NCBI GenBank assembly: GCA_001029735.1
Contig: CP011213.1
Location: forward strand, 524,613-588,612
Direction of reading: 5' to 3'
DNA: 64,000 nucleotides
From: Berkelbacteria bacterium GW2011_GWE1_39_12
Lineage (GTDB): Bacteria > Patescibacteriota > UBA1384 > UBA12157
The position numbers and the translations under genes are program-made. A model generated the notes under the pieces. It was not told the origin of the DNA. It searched no databases and was given only the letters and a program-made list of their open reading frames with translations. Below, piece by piece: positions 1 to 10,884 of the stretch (its first letter is position 1; each line of letters begins with the position of its first letter).

Positions 1-7
1 TCAAAAC

Positions 8-3000
8 ATGACTCAATATGATAATTTTAATGACAATAGTATTGATGGCGCTAAATGGACTGGCGGCGGTACTTCAAATGGTGTTACTCTGGCAGAAACT
101 GGTGGAGAAATAAAAATTTCAGGTACCAATAGCTCTGCAGGAAATATTTACCCAACTTTAAATAGTGGATATACTCCCAGCGTAGTAACTCAAGTTGCTC
201 AAGTTAAGCTTAAAACGCCAACGGCTCCTGCTTCTGTTGGCACTTTCTATGAATTTGGATTAGCCGGCGATGGTGGAGCTTTTCCAATAGAAATTCAATA
301 TACCACATCCGGCTGGCGGCTAGCGTTTTACGATCCTATAACACAATGGGCCTACACAGCATATTCGGTTATTGGTAATGAATCAACTGAGTTTAAAACC
401 TTAAAGATTGTATATAATATAAATCATCCTGCTAGCCAATCGCCTGCTCCGGTTAATACTGGCTATGCCTATGGTTATGTTTATGATGCCAATGGCACTG
501 AACATTATCTCGGTAATTTTGCCATCAAGGGTATTACTCTTGGTGATAATATTGGCGTATATCTAAAAGGTGCTGTTGGCCCGGGCGTGGCTGTTGATGG
601 TCGTTTCGATGACTTTATGTTTTATCCAGTTAGTTCTACCGTTTCTGATGATTTTGATACTCAATCGGACGGGGAAAATCCTACTGGCTGGGTGGTGGCT
701 GGTGAACCCACCAATGGTTCTATTGAAGTTGACTCGGCCCAATCATTTTCGACCTCAAATTCACTTCTACTTCTCCGCAATGTCATAAACAATTCAAATA
801 TCAATGCTAATAAGAATTTCACAGCTTTAGACGGAATCGTTTACACCTCATTTAATTTTCGTGCCGATGGTACTACGATGACAGATAAATTGTTTCAGTT
901 AAGAAACGCCAGTGGTAACGAAAAAGTGCATATGAATTTTGCGCCAGATGGCCATATTTACGCCCAATCTACGGATTGGGCAGCGGTTGATCTAGGTACA
1001 TATAGTGCAAATACATGGTATAATGTTCTAATTAAAACCGATTGCCAGAGAGAAAAGTACGACGTCTATATTAATGGTGTTTTAAAAGTTTCCAATTTAC
1101 AGGTTGTTAATACGACAAATCAAAAAACAATTAGTCGAGCCCAAATACATAACACAGGGAATCTAACATCTGGCTCAAGAAGTATATGGTTTGATAGTAT
1201 TCAAATATACAATGAATTTAAAAACATCAGTGGACTTACTGCCGCTGATGCCACTTCGGCTTCGTGGGATTCAACCGGTTGGGCAGATGGCACAAACTAT
1301 CTTGTTCGTAACCGCGCCTACAACACAACAGATAATCTCTTTGGCCCTTACGATCATTCCGATGATGTTTTTGGTTTAGTTTTAGCGCCAGCAGAGGATG
1401 TGCCCGCGACTCCTTCTGTTATTGCTCCGGCAAACAATGGGACGGGTGTCATTACTAATCCTACTGGCACTTCTTCTGATTATTCTGGGAATCCGAGCCA
1501 ATTATCTGCCTCATGGGAGATCTATGATGATGCCGGGTTGGCAGCAGAAAACTTAGTTTGGTCAAAATATGCTGATACCACAAATTTAACATCGATAGTC
1601 GTAAACAGTACTAATGGCACTTTTTCCAATTCTTTAGCTGGTCAAACTACTTTAGCTTCTGGTACTGATTATTGGATTCATGTCAGACATACTAATAGTA
1701 TTGGTGATTCTGAATGGAGTACGGCCAATAAATTCACCACCGCAATCGATGCGCCAACTGCACCGACCAACATTGGAATTAATTCCTTAACCAATGCCGG
1801 CTTTAATGCTACTTGGACAGACAATTCAACTAATGAGTCTGACTTCAAAGTTTATATTTCCACAGTTGTAGCTAATAATGATTGCCAAGATGCGGGCACG
1901 ACTTGGGGTACGGCTTCTTTAGCTGGCGGGGCTGATGTTGCAACCAAAGCAATCTCGGGCCTCACTGGAAATACTCAATACTGTGTCAAAGTAACTTCTA
2001 CGAATGTTGCTGGAGATTCTGCACCGGCATATTTGGCCATTCCAAACTACACGTTGGCCAACGTGCCAACAGCGCCAACAATTGACGCAACATCTTCAAC
2101 ATCTTTAACCACTATTATTAATATTAATTCCAATCCGGCTACAACTGAATTTGCCATTTCCTGTGATTCGGATGAAATGTTCTTAAATTACACAACCAAT
2201 GCATGCGAATCAATTGTCGATGATTCAGACCATTGGCGAACCTTTACTAATTGGGGTGATGCTTCTGGTTTTACTCAGACGGGCTTGAATGTAAATAGTT
2301 CGCACGTTTATAAAGTGATGGCGCGAAATGCCGACAAAAACAACACAAACCTTTCTGCATCTACTTCAAAATTTACCTTGTCTGATACCCCTGCTTCACC
2401 AGATGTAACAAATACGACTTTAACCACTTCTTTGGAAATCGCTATCGCCGCCGATACTAATCCGGCATCAACTGAGTTTGCTATTTCTTGTGACTCTGAC
2501 GAGGCTTTCTTAAATTACACGACCAACGCTTGCGAGACCATCGCCGATGATTCTGATCACTGGCGAACGGCTGAAGGCTGGGGCGCATTCGGTAAAACGG
2601 ATTTATTAGCCAACACCAATCATACTTATAAAGTAAAATCTCGCAACGGTGATAAAGTAGCTAGTGTGTTTTCGGTTGGATCATCTAAATATACACTGAT
2701 TGAAATACCGGTAATCAGCTTCGGCGATATTGCTTCTGCATCTATAGCTCTGACTGGCGGCACTTTATCGAACATTAATGTGGGGTCATCTGGAGTCTGG
2801 TTTGAAGAAACTTCAGGCAATACTGGTGGCGGTAATCTTGTTAATCCTGACGGTTTTGGCGCTTGGAAAACGACAAACTCAATTATTGATGCTAGCTTGG
2901 TATCGTCAACAACTTATTCATACAAAGCTAAAGCTAAAAACGGTGATGGCACAGAGACGGTTTTTTCTTCGCCTGACGCCTCACAAATAACTTCGGCTGC

Positions 3001-6000
3001 AAGTTCTCCGCCTGAAGCACCAACCATTGGTACTCCAGTCGTTGCTTCTGCTACGGCGATTGATTGGCATTTTGTAGATAATTCAACGGACGAGACTGGG
3101 TTTAAAATTTACGATGGTTCAAATAATTTAGTGGCAACTTGTGCCACGTCGAATATCTCTGTTTGTACCGAAACTGGTCTTTCTCCTAACACTCAATATT
3201 CCGGTCGTTACGTTGTTGCTTACAATGAAGCTGGTAATTCAAGTTCTTCAACTAATGCTTCAGCTGTTTATACTTTAGCTAATACTCCTTTAGCTCCGAC
3301 GGTTAATACGGTTGACAATCATCCGGGTGAATTGATAGTTGTCGTTAATACAAACTCTAACCCAGTCAATACTGTCTTTGCCATTCAAGAAACTCAAGTT
3401 TCTGGCGGTAAATATGTTCAAGCAGACGGATCTTTGAACACTTCTGCCGTGTGGCAAAATGTAGCTCAATGGGGGAACATTACCGGCGTTAATATAACAG
3501 GACTTACTGTTGATACTCAATACACTTTTAAAGTTAGAGTGAAAAATGGTGACGATGTCGAAAGTCCATCGCCTCAATTTGGTCCGACGGCACAACAAAC
3601 AACTCTTACTGCTACCACCGCTTGTAATTGGACAAATGATGGTACTAATAATCTCTGGAGCAATGAGCTCAACTGGTCTTGCGCTCATGTCCCGACCAAC
3701 GCCGATGATGCTATTCTCGATGGTGCTATCTCTAATGATAATATGACAATTGATATATCAGCCACTACCGGTTCCCTTACTATTAAAGGAACCAATCTGC
3801 CAACTGGTGGCGACACTGCGTACACCGGTACTATCACTGAAAGTGCCAATTTAACTACTGATAATACTAATACTAAGTCTGGACTCTTCTATTTTGCCGG
3901 CGGCACATACAACGCTGGTTCTCATACTATTACCGCAATGGGTAACTTTACCCTTGCAGGTGGAACTTTCAATAAGGATACCTCCACTTTGGTGATGAAG
4001 GGTACTGGCTCTGTGACAACAGGCGGACAGGCATTAAATAATCTGCAGATCTCGGCAATTAGGTCAACCTCTACATCATTCAGAAGCGAAGCACATAATG
4101 CTGTTGCGCTAAACACGGCCGGCAGCATTGATTTGACCGTGAATAAGCCTAGCGGTGTAGTATCTGGTGATATGATGATTGCGGTTTTTTCATCTGGTTC
4201 GTCGAATTTATCTACAATTTCAGTAGCATCTGGATGGAACCTGATTAGGTCTTTATCTGATGCGACTAACGGTAATTACGCTTATGCTTATTCGAAACAA
4301 GCGACTGGCAGCGAACCTTCCACTTACACATTCGGTTTTACTGGTACCGGTGGCTATGCTTGTGACATCTATGCTTATCAAGGCGGGACAGTTTCTATTG
4401 ATTCGTATTCAAGTTCATTTTACAGTATGACCGGATCCCATGATCCTATTACTCTTACGATACCGCAAATCACTACTGTCTCCACAAACACCGTACTGGT
4501 AAGCTTGTTTGTATCTAGGATGGCTGACTCGTCTACTGCGACACTTTCTACCCCTGTAGGAGGGGTAAGTAGAGCTAATTTCACTATGAGCGTACCAACT
4601 CCTACTCGCTATTTTGTCAATAGTCTAAGCGACGAGACACTTTCTGTCTCAGGCGCCACTGGTACCAGATCTAGTATTGCCAATGAATCATCGGCCTTTA
4701 GTGCCATTGGGTTTATGGTTGCGTTCGAAAATCCTCCAGTTAACTCTTCAGTTATCGCATCTGACGATCTGATTCTTTCCGGCGCTCTTACTACCGATGC
4801 TAATCAAACATTCGGAACTGGTGGCAATGCGGTTACAATTGGCGGTAATATTGCCAACTCCGGTATCTTAACAGCCAATAATTCCACCATTTATATCGCC
4901 GGAAATTACACTAATTCTGGCACTTTCACCTACGGCACTTCGACCGTTAATCTTAATGGCACTGGCGCCCAGACTTTCACTGCTGGTGGCACTGATTCTA
5001 CAAAACAGCTTTACAATTTAGTTGCGGCCAATTCTTCTGGCAATGGTATTGGTGTCACTTTTGCCGACAGTTTAACAATCAACGGTTCTTTCACCAATAC
5101 GACCATCGATTCTAAACTTACTTTCAATGCCGGTTCGACTTATACTTTCCCGATAATTGATCTCGCTGGCACTGATGGTCATACGATTTTATTGAGAAGT
5201 TCTGCATCTAGCGCCTGGAATCTAAATGTTGATGCCGATTCGGTTGTCCATTACATAGATGCCGCCTATTCAAATGCCAACCATACTATCAATGACACTG
5301 ACGGCGGAGTTGATTCGCTCAATAATACCAACTGGGTTTTTGTAAATGCCCCAACAGCCCCAACAATCGGAACACCTCAAGTGCTTTCTACAACTTCGAT
5401 TCGTTGGACATTCACAGATAATGCTTCTAATGAAACAGGTTTCAAAATTTATGATGGCACAAATACTTTGAAAGCTACTTGTGCTACGGCAAACTTAACT
5501 TATTGTGACGAGGTAGCACTTTCACCGAATACTCAATATTCCGGTCGTTATGCGGTTGCGTACAATGACGGAGGTGACTCGATTCATTCGGCCGACGCTG
5601 TTGCAAAATACACTTATATTGAAAATCCAACAGGAATGACTAATAGTGTTAACGCGACGACAATTTCAACTTCGGCAACTGGGGCACTCTCTAATTTAGG
5701 AGCTGGCCAAACAGGATTCTACTTCACTTCTAGCCAGCCTGGTTCAAATACTTGCTTCAATAACTGGATTCAAGATAATCTATGCTTGAACGATAATTTA
5801 ACGCCAAATAGTCCTTACACTTATACGGTTAAGGCAAGAAATGGTGACGGATATGAAACTGCAATATCTGATCCTGTTTCTGTCTATACCTTATCTAATA
5901 CGCCGACTGCTCCTTCTGTTTCTGCAAATTATGACGAAGCAAATGGATACTACGAAACTATTTCTATTAATGCCAATTCAAACCCGGATAACACCTTATA

Positions 6001-9000
6001 TAAGATTGTTTATGATACTGATCCGGTAGGACCCTTTGATTCTGTCTTAGAAGATTGGACAGCCCATAAGAACGGTGACACAATTACACATGCTTCAGAT
6101 CTGTTGTGTAATAGTACATATTATTACAAGGTCCAAGCCCAAAACAGCGACCATGACAATTCGAACTATAGCCCTGTAAGTTTTGACACAACTCCGCCTT
6201 GTGCTCCAATTGGTTTGCAGAATACAAACACAACTGCCACCTCAACTTTACTTGATTGGTCAGGGGAAACTGTATTGACAACGGTTTACGATGTTAGTTT
6301 TGGCACCGACACACAGGCGACCAATCTTGGAGAGACAGAAGGAACGGCAACATCGCAATTGGTTAAATCTGGTTTAAATTCTGAAACAACATACTATTTC
6401 AAAGTTAGGACGGTTAACACTAATGGCACTGGCGCCTGGAGCGGTATTGCTAACTTTACAACTCCGATCGCTGGCTCGTTATTGTTAATCGGTTTACCAG
6501 GGCAAAGCTATGTTGCTGGAACTGGTATAGTTGGCGATCCTAATCCACAAATAGCAGGTCAGTCATTTAACGGTACTGTTTACTCTGTTAACGATAATAA
6601 AATTCTTGCCTCCACAAGTGTTGAAATGGTTACTTTCTCGACTATAACGGACAGTTTAATTTCGAAATTCAATAATGGAAGTTCTGCACCGTCAGCTTCA
6701 CAAACTTTATCATCTGGACAAAAAACAGTCAGTTTTACTTTCTACCAAGCCGGCCAAAATATTATTAACATGACCGGTAGTACGGGTTCAAGTTCGCCTT
6801 TCCAAGTTAATCCGGCTGTTACTTCAACAACAGATTCTACTGTTTCCCCGTCATCGGCAAGCTTAAATGTCGGCCAGACAGCGGTCGAAACAATCACTTT
6901 GGTTGATATCTATGGAAACCTTATTTCTAATCGCGGTGTGACTGTTTCCACAAATCAAATCGGCGATATAATTTCTTTCTCTTCGACTAAGACAAACTCA
7001 AACGGACAGATCACAGCTTATATTGGATCAGGTTTTGCTCATACATCGACATTAACTATCATCGATGAAAATGGATTGACGTTGTCAACCCATCCGCAAA
7101 TTACTTTCAATAATGTAAAGCCAACATCCATCGAAAATCCAAGTAATTTTATCGGCACTGCTGGTAACTCAATCGCTTCTATAGGATGGACAAACCCAAC
7201 TTCAGTATACTTTGATCACACGGAAATATATCGTTCTCAATACGCTGGGCAATTAGGGTCAAAGATTGCTGACTCAACAGTGGACAATTCGGATAATTAC
7301 GTTGATTCTAGCTTAACTAATGGTACGACTTACTTTTACACTTTAAAATCAGTAGATGTCTACGGTAATATTTCCTCTGGGACCTATCAACTAGCGCTTA
7401 CACCAAATGCGGAAGTAGAGCCGAAATTACCAGCACCAACCAACTTACGCGCAACATTAATCAATGCAAACGAAGTAAATTTAGCTTGGGATGCCCCAGT
7501 TGGTAATTTAAGAGTCACAGGATATCATGTTTACAATGCGGATACCAATATTCAGATTGATTCGACAGTTGATGAAGCTTACCACGCAGATGGGCTGTCA
7601 CCAGAAACTACTTACCGGTTTTTCGTAATTGCTTACAACGACGCCGGTAATTCAGGCGCTTCAAATGCTGTTACCATTGTTACAAAAGCAATTACCGGTC
7701 CAACCCCTCCAGGTCCAATTTGCCACAATGGCGGTGGCAGAGTTAGCTATTTAGTCCTAGGCAACATGCCTTCCGAGGTCATTTCCGGTAATAGTTTGCC
7801 AGATAGTGTCAGTGTCAAGGTGATCGTAGCTGATGGCGGGGGACAGCTCTGCGATGGTTATCAGGGTACGATTTACTTTACTTCAACTGATGAAAAGGCT
7901 GATTTGAGATGGGATAAAACAAATAGTTACACCTTCACTAGCTTCGATGCCGGTTTACACGAGTTTGATGGCAAAGGTTTCACCTTAAGAACATTAGGCA
8001 ATCAAATAATTACAGTAACAGATGGTACTGTCTCTGGTAAGGCTGAAATCAAAGTCATTTCTAATAGATCATCTGATGTTGTTTTCTCTAAAGCTCAAGG
8101 TGTCGTTTCAGATTTTGTAAACAAAAATGCAACTAAAGTTAACACTGCCGTGGTTACTGCCACAACGGCATTATTAGTTACGCCGGCGGCAGTGAATGCG
8201 GCTATCGGTTTAGGCAACATTTTACCTCAGCTTATTTACTGGTTTACCCAATTATTGCAAATGATCGGTATTAGAAAGAAACGCAAGCCATGGGGTATAG
8301 TCTTCAACTCTCAAACCGGCCAGCCGGTCAGCCTTGCTACAGTCAAAATTTATGATAAAGAATATAATCGTTTATTAGAATCTTCTGTAACAGACAGAGA
8401 TGGTCGTTTTGGTTTCCTAGTCAGACCTGGCACTTTCTACTTAGTTTTGGCAAAAGGTGGCTTTATCTTCCCATCGCAATATAAAGTTTCCGGCTTCTTT
8501 GAAAACGTTTATACTGGTGGCAATATTAATATTGCCACCAAAGATGAGGGTGCTATCGATTTGAATATTCCATTAGATCCCCAGGCAAAAGCATCAGTCA
8601 TATTTACTTTATGGGCCAATCTAATCAAGATTAATAGATTCTTGCAAAAAATTCGCATCCCTTTAATGGCTATTGGTGTAATTTTTGCCGTAATCATGAT
8701 TATCACTAACTACAATATAATTTACGCCTTATCTTTGGCTCTTTACGGCATCCTATTCGTAATTGAATATCTACAGTCCAAGAGATCAAGACCGTATGGT
8801 GTGGTGAGCGATGTATTTGGTCATCCGTTAGCAATTTCAATCGTTAGAATTTATAGTAAGAAGACTGATCGCTTAATCGCAACAGATGTTACAGATAATC
8901 AGGGTCGTTTCAAATTTTTGGTTGTGCCTGGTATTTATTATATGACTGCAGCCAAGCCAGGCTACATCGACTTTAAGAGTCATATCATGTATCTAGAACG

Positions 9001-9055
9001 CGAACGAACGATGGTTACGACCAATATCAAACTTAAAAAGATGGATCGTCAGTAA
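8..9055 (+). CDS. Giant multidomain surface protein (lectin-like and FN3 repeats, beta-helix, Ig-like domains, C-terminal TM segments plus carboxypeptidase-regulatory-like domains); may start upstream of the window
   Basis: 3015-aa Thr/Ser/Asn-rich ORF with repeated FN3-type motifs (GLSPNTQY, YYFKVRTVN) and a C-terminal WGIVFNSQTGQPV..TDRDGRFGFLVRPG domain repeated between hydrophobic helices. No signal peptide, and the frame is open to the window edge. Confidence 0.85.
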   Translation: MTQYDNFNDNSIDGAKWTGGGTSNGVTLAETGGEIKISGTNSSAGNIYPTLNSGYTPSVVTQVAQVKLKTPTAPASVGTFYEFGLAGDGGAFPIEIQYTTSGWRLAFYDPITQWAYTAYSVIGNESTEFKTLKIVYNINHPASQSPAPVNTGYAYGYVYDANGTEHYLGNFAIKGITLGDNIGVYLKGAVGPGVAVDGRFDDFMFYPVSSTVSDDFDTQSDGENPTGWVVAGEPTNGSIEVDSAQSFSTSNSLLLLRNVINNSNINANKNFTALDGIVYTSFNFRADGTTMTDKLFQLRNASGNEKVHMNFAPDGHIYAQSTDWAAVDLGTYSANTWYNVLIKTDCQREKYDVYINGVLKVSNLQVVNTTNQKTISRAQIHNTGNLTSGSRSIWFDSIQIYNEFKNISGLTAADATSASWDSTGWADGTNYLVRNRAYNTTDNLFGPYDHSDDVFGLVLAPAEDVPATPSVIAPANNGTGVITNPTGTSSDYSGNPSQLSASWEIYDDAGLAAENLVWSKYADTTNLTSIVVNSTNGTFSNSLAGQTTLASGTDYWIHVRHTNSIGDSEWSTANKFTTAIDAPTAPTNIGINSLTNAGFNATWTDNSTNESDFKVYISTVVANNDCQDAGTTWGTASLAGGADVATKAISGLTGNTQYCVKVTSTNVAGDSAPAYLAIPNYTLANVPTAPTIDATSSTSLTTIININSNPATTEFAISCDSDEMFLNYTTNACESIVDDSDHWRTFTNWGDASGFTQTGLNVNSSHVYKVMARNADKNNTNLSASTSKFTLSDTPASPDVTNTTLTTSLEIAIAADTNPASTEFAISCDSDEAFLNYTTNACETIADDSDHWRTAEGWGAFGKTDLLANTNHTYKVKSRNGDKVASVFSVGSSKYTLIEIPVISFGDIASASIALTGGTLSNINVGSSGVWFEETSGNTGGGNLVNPDGFGAWKTTNSIIDASLVSSTTYSYKAKAKNGDGTETVFSSPDASQITSAASSPPEAPTIGTPVVASATAIDWHFVDNSTDETGFKIYDGSNNLVATCATSNISVCTETGLSPNTQYSGRYVVAYNEAGNSSSSTNASAVYTLANTPLAPTVNTVDNHPGELIVVVNTNSNPVNTVFAIQETQVSGGKYVQADGSLNTSAVWQNVAQWGNITGVNITGLTVDTQYTFKVRVKNGDDVESPSPQFGPTAQQTTLTATTACNWTNDGTNNLWSNELNWSCAHVPTNADDAILDGAISNDNMTIDISATTGSLTIKGTNLPTGGDTAYTGTITESANLTTDNTNTKSGLFYFAGGTYNAGSHTITAMGNFTLAGGTFNKDTSTLVMKGTGSVTTGGQALNNLQISAIRSTSTSFRSEAHNAVALNTAGSIDLTVNKPSGVVSGDMMIAVFSSGSSNLSTISVASGWNLIRSLSDATNGNYAYAYSKQATGSEPSTYTFGFTGTGGYACDIYAYQGGTVSIDSYSSSFYSMTGSHDPITLTIPQITTVSTNTVLVSLFVSRMADSSTATLSTPVGGVSRANFTMSVPTPTRYFVNSLSDETLSVSGATGTRSSIANESSAFSAIGFMVAFENPPVNSSVIASDDLILSGALTTDANQTFGTGGNAVTIGGNIANSGILTANNSTIYIAGNYTNSGTFTYGTSTVNLNGTGAQTFTAGGTDSTKQLYNLVAANSSGNGIGVTFADSLTINGSFTNTTIDSKLTFNAGSTYTFPIIDLAGTDGHTILLRSSASSAWNLNVDADSVVHYIDAAYSNANHTINDTDGGVDSLNNTNWVFVNAPTAPTIGTPQVLSTTSIRWTFTDNASNETGFKIYDGTNTLKATCATANLTYCDEVALSPNTQYSGRYAVAYNDGGDSIHSADAVAKYTYIENPTGMTNSVNATTISTSATGALSNLGAGQTGFYFTSSQPGSNTCFNNWIQDNLCLNDNLTPNSPYTYTVKARNGDGYETAISDPVSVYTLSNTPTAPSVSANYDEANGYYETISINANSNPDNTLYKIVYDTDPVGPFDSVLEDWTAHKNGDTITHASDLLCNSTYYYKVQAQNSDHDNSNYSPVSFDTTPPCAPIGLQNTNTTATSTLLDWSGETVLTTVYDVSFGTDTQATNLGETEGTATSQLVKSGLNSETTYYFKVRTVNTNGTGAWSGIANFTTPIAGSLLLIGLPGQSYVAGTGIVGDPNPQIAGQSFNGTVYSVNDNKILASTSVEMVTFSTITDSLISKFNNGSSAPSASQTLSSGQKTVSFTFYQAGQNIINMTGSTGSSSPFQVNPAVTSTTDSTVSPSSASLNVGQTAVETITLVDIYGNLISNRGVTVSTNQIGDIISFSSTKTNSNGQITAYIGSGFAHTSTLTIIDENGLTLSTHPQITFNNVKPTSIENPSNFIGTAGNSIASIGWTNPTSVYFDHTEIYRSQYAGQLGSKIADSTVDNSDNYVDSSLTNGTTYFYTLKSVDVYGNISSGTYQLALTPNAEVEPKLPAPTNLRATLINANEVNLAWDAPVGNLRVTGYHVYNADTNIQIDSTVDEAYHADGLSPETTYRFFVIAYNDAGNSGASNAVTIVTKAITGPTPPGPICHNGGGRVSYLVLGNMPSEVISGNSLPDSVSVKVIVADGGGQLCDGYQGTIYFTSTDEKADLRWDKTNSYTFTSFDAGLHEFDGKGFTLRTLGNQIITVTDGTVSGKAEIKVISNRSSDVVFSKAQGVVSDFVNKNATKVNTAVVTATTALLVTPAAVNAAIGLGNILPQLIYWFTQLLQMIGIRKKRKPWGIVFNSQTGQPVSLATVKIYDKEYNRLLESSVTDRDGRFGFLVRPGTFYLVLAKGGFIFPSQYKVSGFFENVYTGGNINIATKDEGAIDLNIPLDPQAKASVIFTLWANLIKINRFLQKIRIPLMAIGVIFAVIMIITNYNIIYALSLALYGILFVIEYLQSKRSRPYGVVSDVFGHPLAISIVRIYSKKTDRLIATDVTDNQGRFKFLVVPGIYYMTAAKPGYIDFKSHIMYLERERTMVTTNIKLKKMDRQ

Positions 9056-9057
9056 TA

Positions 9058-9150
9058 AAAAAAGACTCTCTAGTTTTTTCTGACACCGGATCGAGACGGG
9101 GAGGGGCATCTCCATCTCGGGCCGAAGTCAGAATCCAGAAAGTCTTTTTT
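9058..9150 (-). terminator. Long GC-rich hairpin between convergent genes (bidirectional terminator or structured 3' RNA)
   Basis: AAAAAAGACT...AGTCTTTTTT outer arms with nested stems (TTCTGAC/GTCAGAA, CGAGATGG/CCGTCTCG). Confidence 0.6.
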
Positions 9151-9163
9151 GTTGCTATTTAAT

Positions 9164-10696
9164 TTACCAGTGGATGAATACAGGTGTACCGATTTCATCC
9201 CAGTTATATATCCATTCAGCATCACCATTGGAAGCATTGATACAACCATGGCTCATTGGATGACCAAAGTTATTGTGCCAATAAGTTCCATGAATTGAAT
9301 AGTCTCCGCTCCACCAGCTGATCCATTCGACATTTGGCACGCTATAACCAGGCCCATCCATAGTTTGGGAACGTGTCTTACCATAAACGGAGTAAGTACC
9401 CGTTGGGGTTGGACCAGTTTTTCCTGACGAAATTAAGAAATGGTTAACCATTGTATATCCGTCGAAAGCGTACAAGGTTTGCTCTGATAAATTAACGTCA
9501 ATATATCTACCGGCAAAACGTCCTGGCTGAGCATGAGGGTTTCTAATGATTTCAATTTTAGTAATTGGATACGTACCAATACTGATGGAATTATTATTAT
9601 TTGATTTAACTTGGTTTAACACATTATTAAGTAATTTTTCTGTATCGACACCAATACCGTCTTGTCCTTCAACCAATACTTCGCCAGTTCCTTCCATAAT
9701 TTCACGATCGATTTTTTTAACTTTAATTTTTGAAGCAACCTTATCGGTATAAGAGTTTACTTTTTGTTTTGAAAGATCGGCAACTAACTTATCGTTAACT
9801 TCCTTAAACTCAATCCAAGAGCCGATTTCACTTCTAGAAATAATATAATTATCATCTTGATAAATAAGATTGATTGGCGCTGTAGCCATTAAACTCTCGG
9901 CTTGTTTTTGTGCATCAAGAGTATCATCAGCAAATATTTTCGGTTGAAGAATAGAAGTTTTTAAAGTGATTTTCTCGTCAATTTTATTTTTAATTGCGTG
10001 TATTAAATCATTTTTAAGTACATCCTTATCAAAACCAAACCCTGGCTTTTCAGCAATTATTGAGATATTACCATTATCAATTGAAAGGCTGGCATTTTGA
10101 GCCGGTTTTTCGATTTCCTGATTGATTTTAGATAAAAAGTCATCTAATTTTGATTCGTCAACCTTCGGGCTTAAAGCGATATCGTGACCGGTAAAAATTA
10201 TTTGAGAGTTGGAGATTACTTTTTGCTTAAATGAGCCATCTCGTCCAAAATTATAAGCATCTGCTACAATCTTATCTGCATCAAAAGAAACTCCTAGTTC
10301 TGGCAGGGTAGAGTTTAGGGTTTGAGTTTCATGATTGATAGAAGGACCTTTTTTATTAATACTATCTATATAGGATAAAATAATTCTTTTAGCTTCGTCT
10401 GGAGTTTTACCCCCGATATTTATTCCGGCAACGGTTACCTTGGGTAAAATTTTTCCGTCGGTATCATTTTTAATCTTCCAGCCGGAAGCAAATAAGAGTG
10501 CCAAAATTAAAAGAACAGCTGATACTTTAGCCATCACTGCTTTGTAAGTAGAGTGTTTAATTTTTTCTGATTTATTAGTCTTGATTTTTGGTAACGCGAT
10601 TGATGGATGAATAAACTGTTGCATTTGCCCCTCCGGCCTATTTTTTGTTTTTTTAATTTTTGAAATTTCATTTTTCAAATTATATAAGTATATCAA
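9164..10696 (-). CDS. L,D-transpeptidase (YkuD domain) with N-terminal TM and PG-binding-4-type region
   Basis: YIDVNLSEQTL, TPTGTY and HGTYWHNNFGHPMSHGCIN catalytic motifs; start codon uncertain. Confidence 0.9.
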   Translation of the reverse strand: MIYLYNLKNEISKIKKTKNRPEGQMQQFIHPSIALPKIKTNKSEKIKHSTYKAVMAKVSAVLLILALLFASGWKIKNDTDGKILPKVTVAGINIGGKTPDEAKRIILSYIDSINKKGPSINHETQTLNSTLPELGVSFDADKIVADAYNFGRDGSFKQKVISNSQIIFTGHDIALSPKVDESKLDDFLSKINQEIEKPAQNASLSIDNGNISIIAEKPGFGFDKDVLKNDLIHAIKNKIDEKITLKTSILQPKIFADDTLDAQKQAESLMATAPINLIYQDDNYIISRSEIGSWIEFKEVNDKLVADLSKQKVNSYTDKVASKIKVKKIDREIMEGTGEVLVEGQDGIGVDTEKLLNNVLNQVKSNNNNSISIGTYPITKIEIIRNPHAQPGRFAGRYIDVNLSEQTLYAFDGYTMVNHFLISSGKTGPTPTGTYSVYGKTRSQTMDGPGYSVPNVEWISWWSGDYSIHGTYWHNNFGHPMSHGCINASNGDAEWIYNWDEIGTPVFIHW

Positions 10697-10730
10697 AAAA
10701 AATACCGTTTGTCAAGCATTGGTATTTTAG

Positions 10731-10797
10731 TGGTGCGCGCGCTTGGATTCGCCTGCGTGCCTAAAGGTAGGCATCTAGCAAGAACCGATTGTGTATA
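10731..10797 (-). repeat. Partial duplicate of the tRNA-Ile 3' half carrying a hairpin insertion
   Basis: tggtgcgcgcgcttggattcg and caagaaccgattgtgtata match the tRNA at 10810-10852; the intervening aac is replaced by cctgcgtgcctaaaggtaggcatctag. Confidence 0.85.
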
Positions 10798-10809
10798 TAA
10801 ATAGAGTAT

Positions 10810-10884
10810 TGGTGCGCGCGCTTGGATTCGAACCAAGAACCGATTGTGTATAAGACAATTGCTCTGCCGTTGAGCTACGCGCGC
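10810..10884 (-). tRNA. tRNA-Ile (anticodon TAT)
   Basis: GCGCGCG-TA-GCTCAACGGCAGAGC-A-ATTGT-CTTATAC-ACAAT-CGGTT-CTTGG-TTCGAAT-CCAAG-CGCGCGC-A-CCA cloverleaf. Confidence 0.92.

Noticed and set aside
9058-9150. SRP (4.5S) RNA
   Set aside because: Lacks the conserved CAGG..GNRA..AGCA helix-8 motif on either strand.
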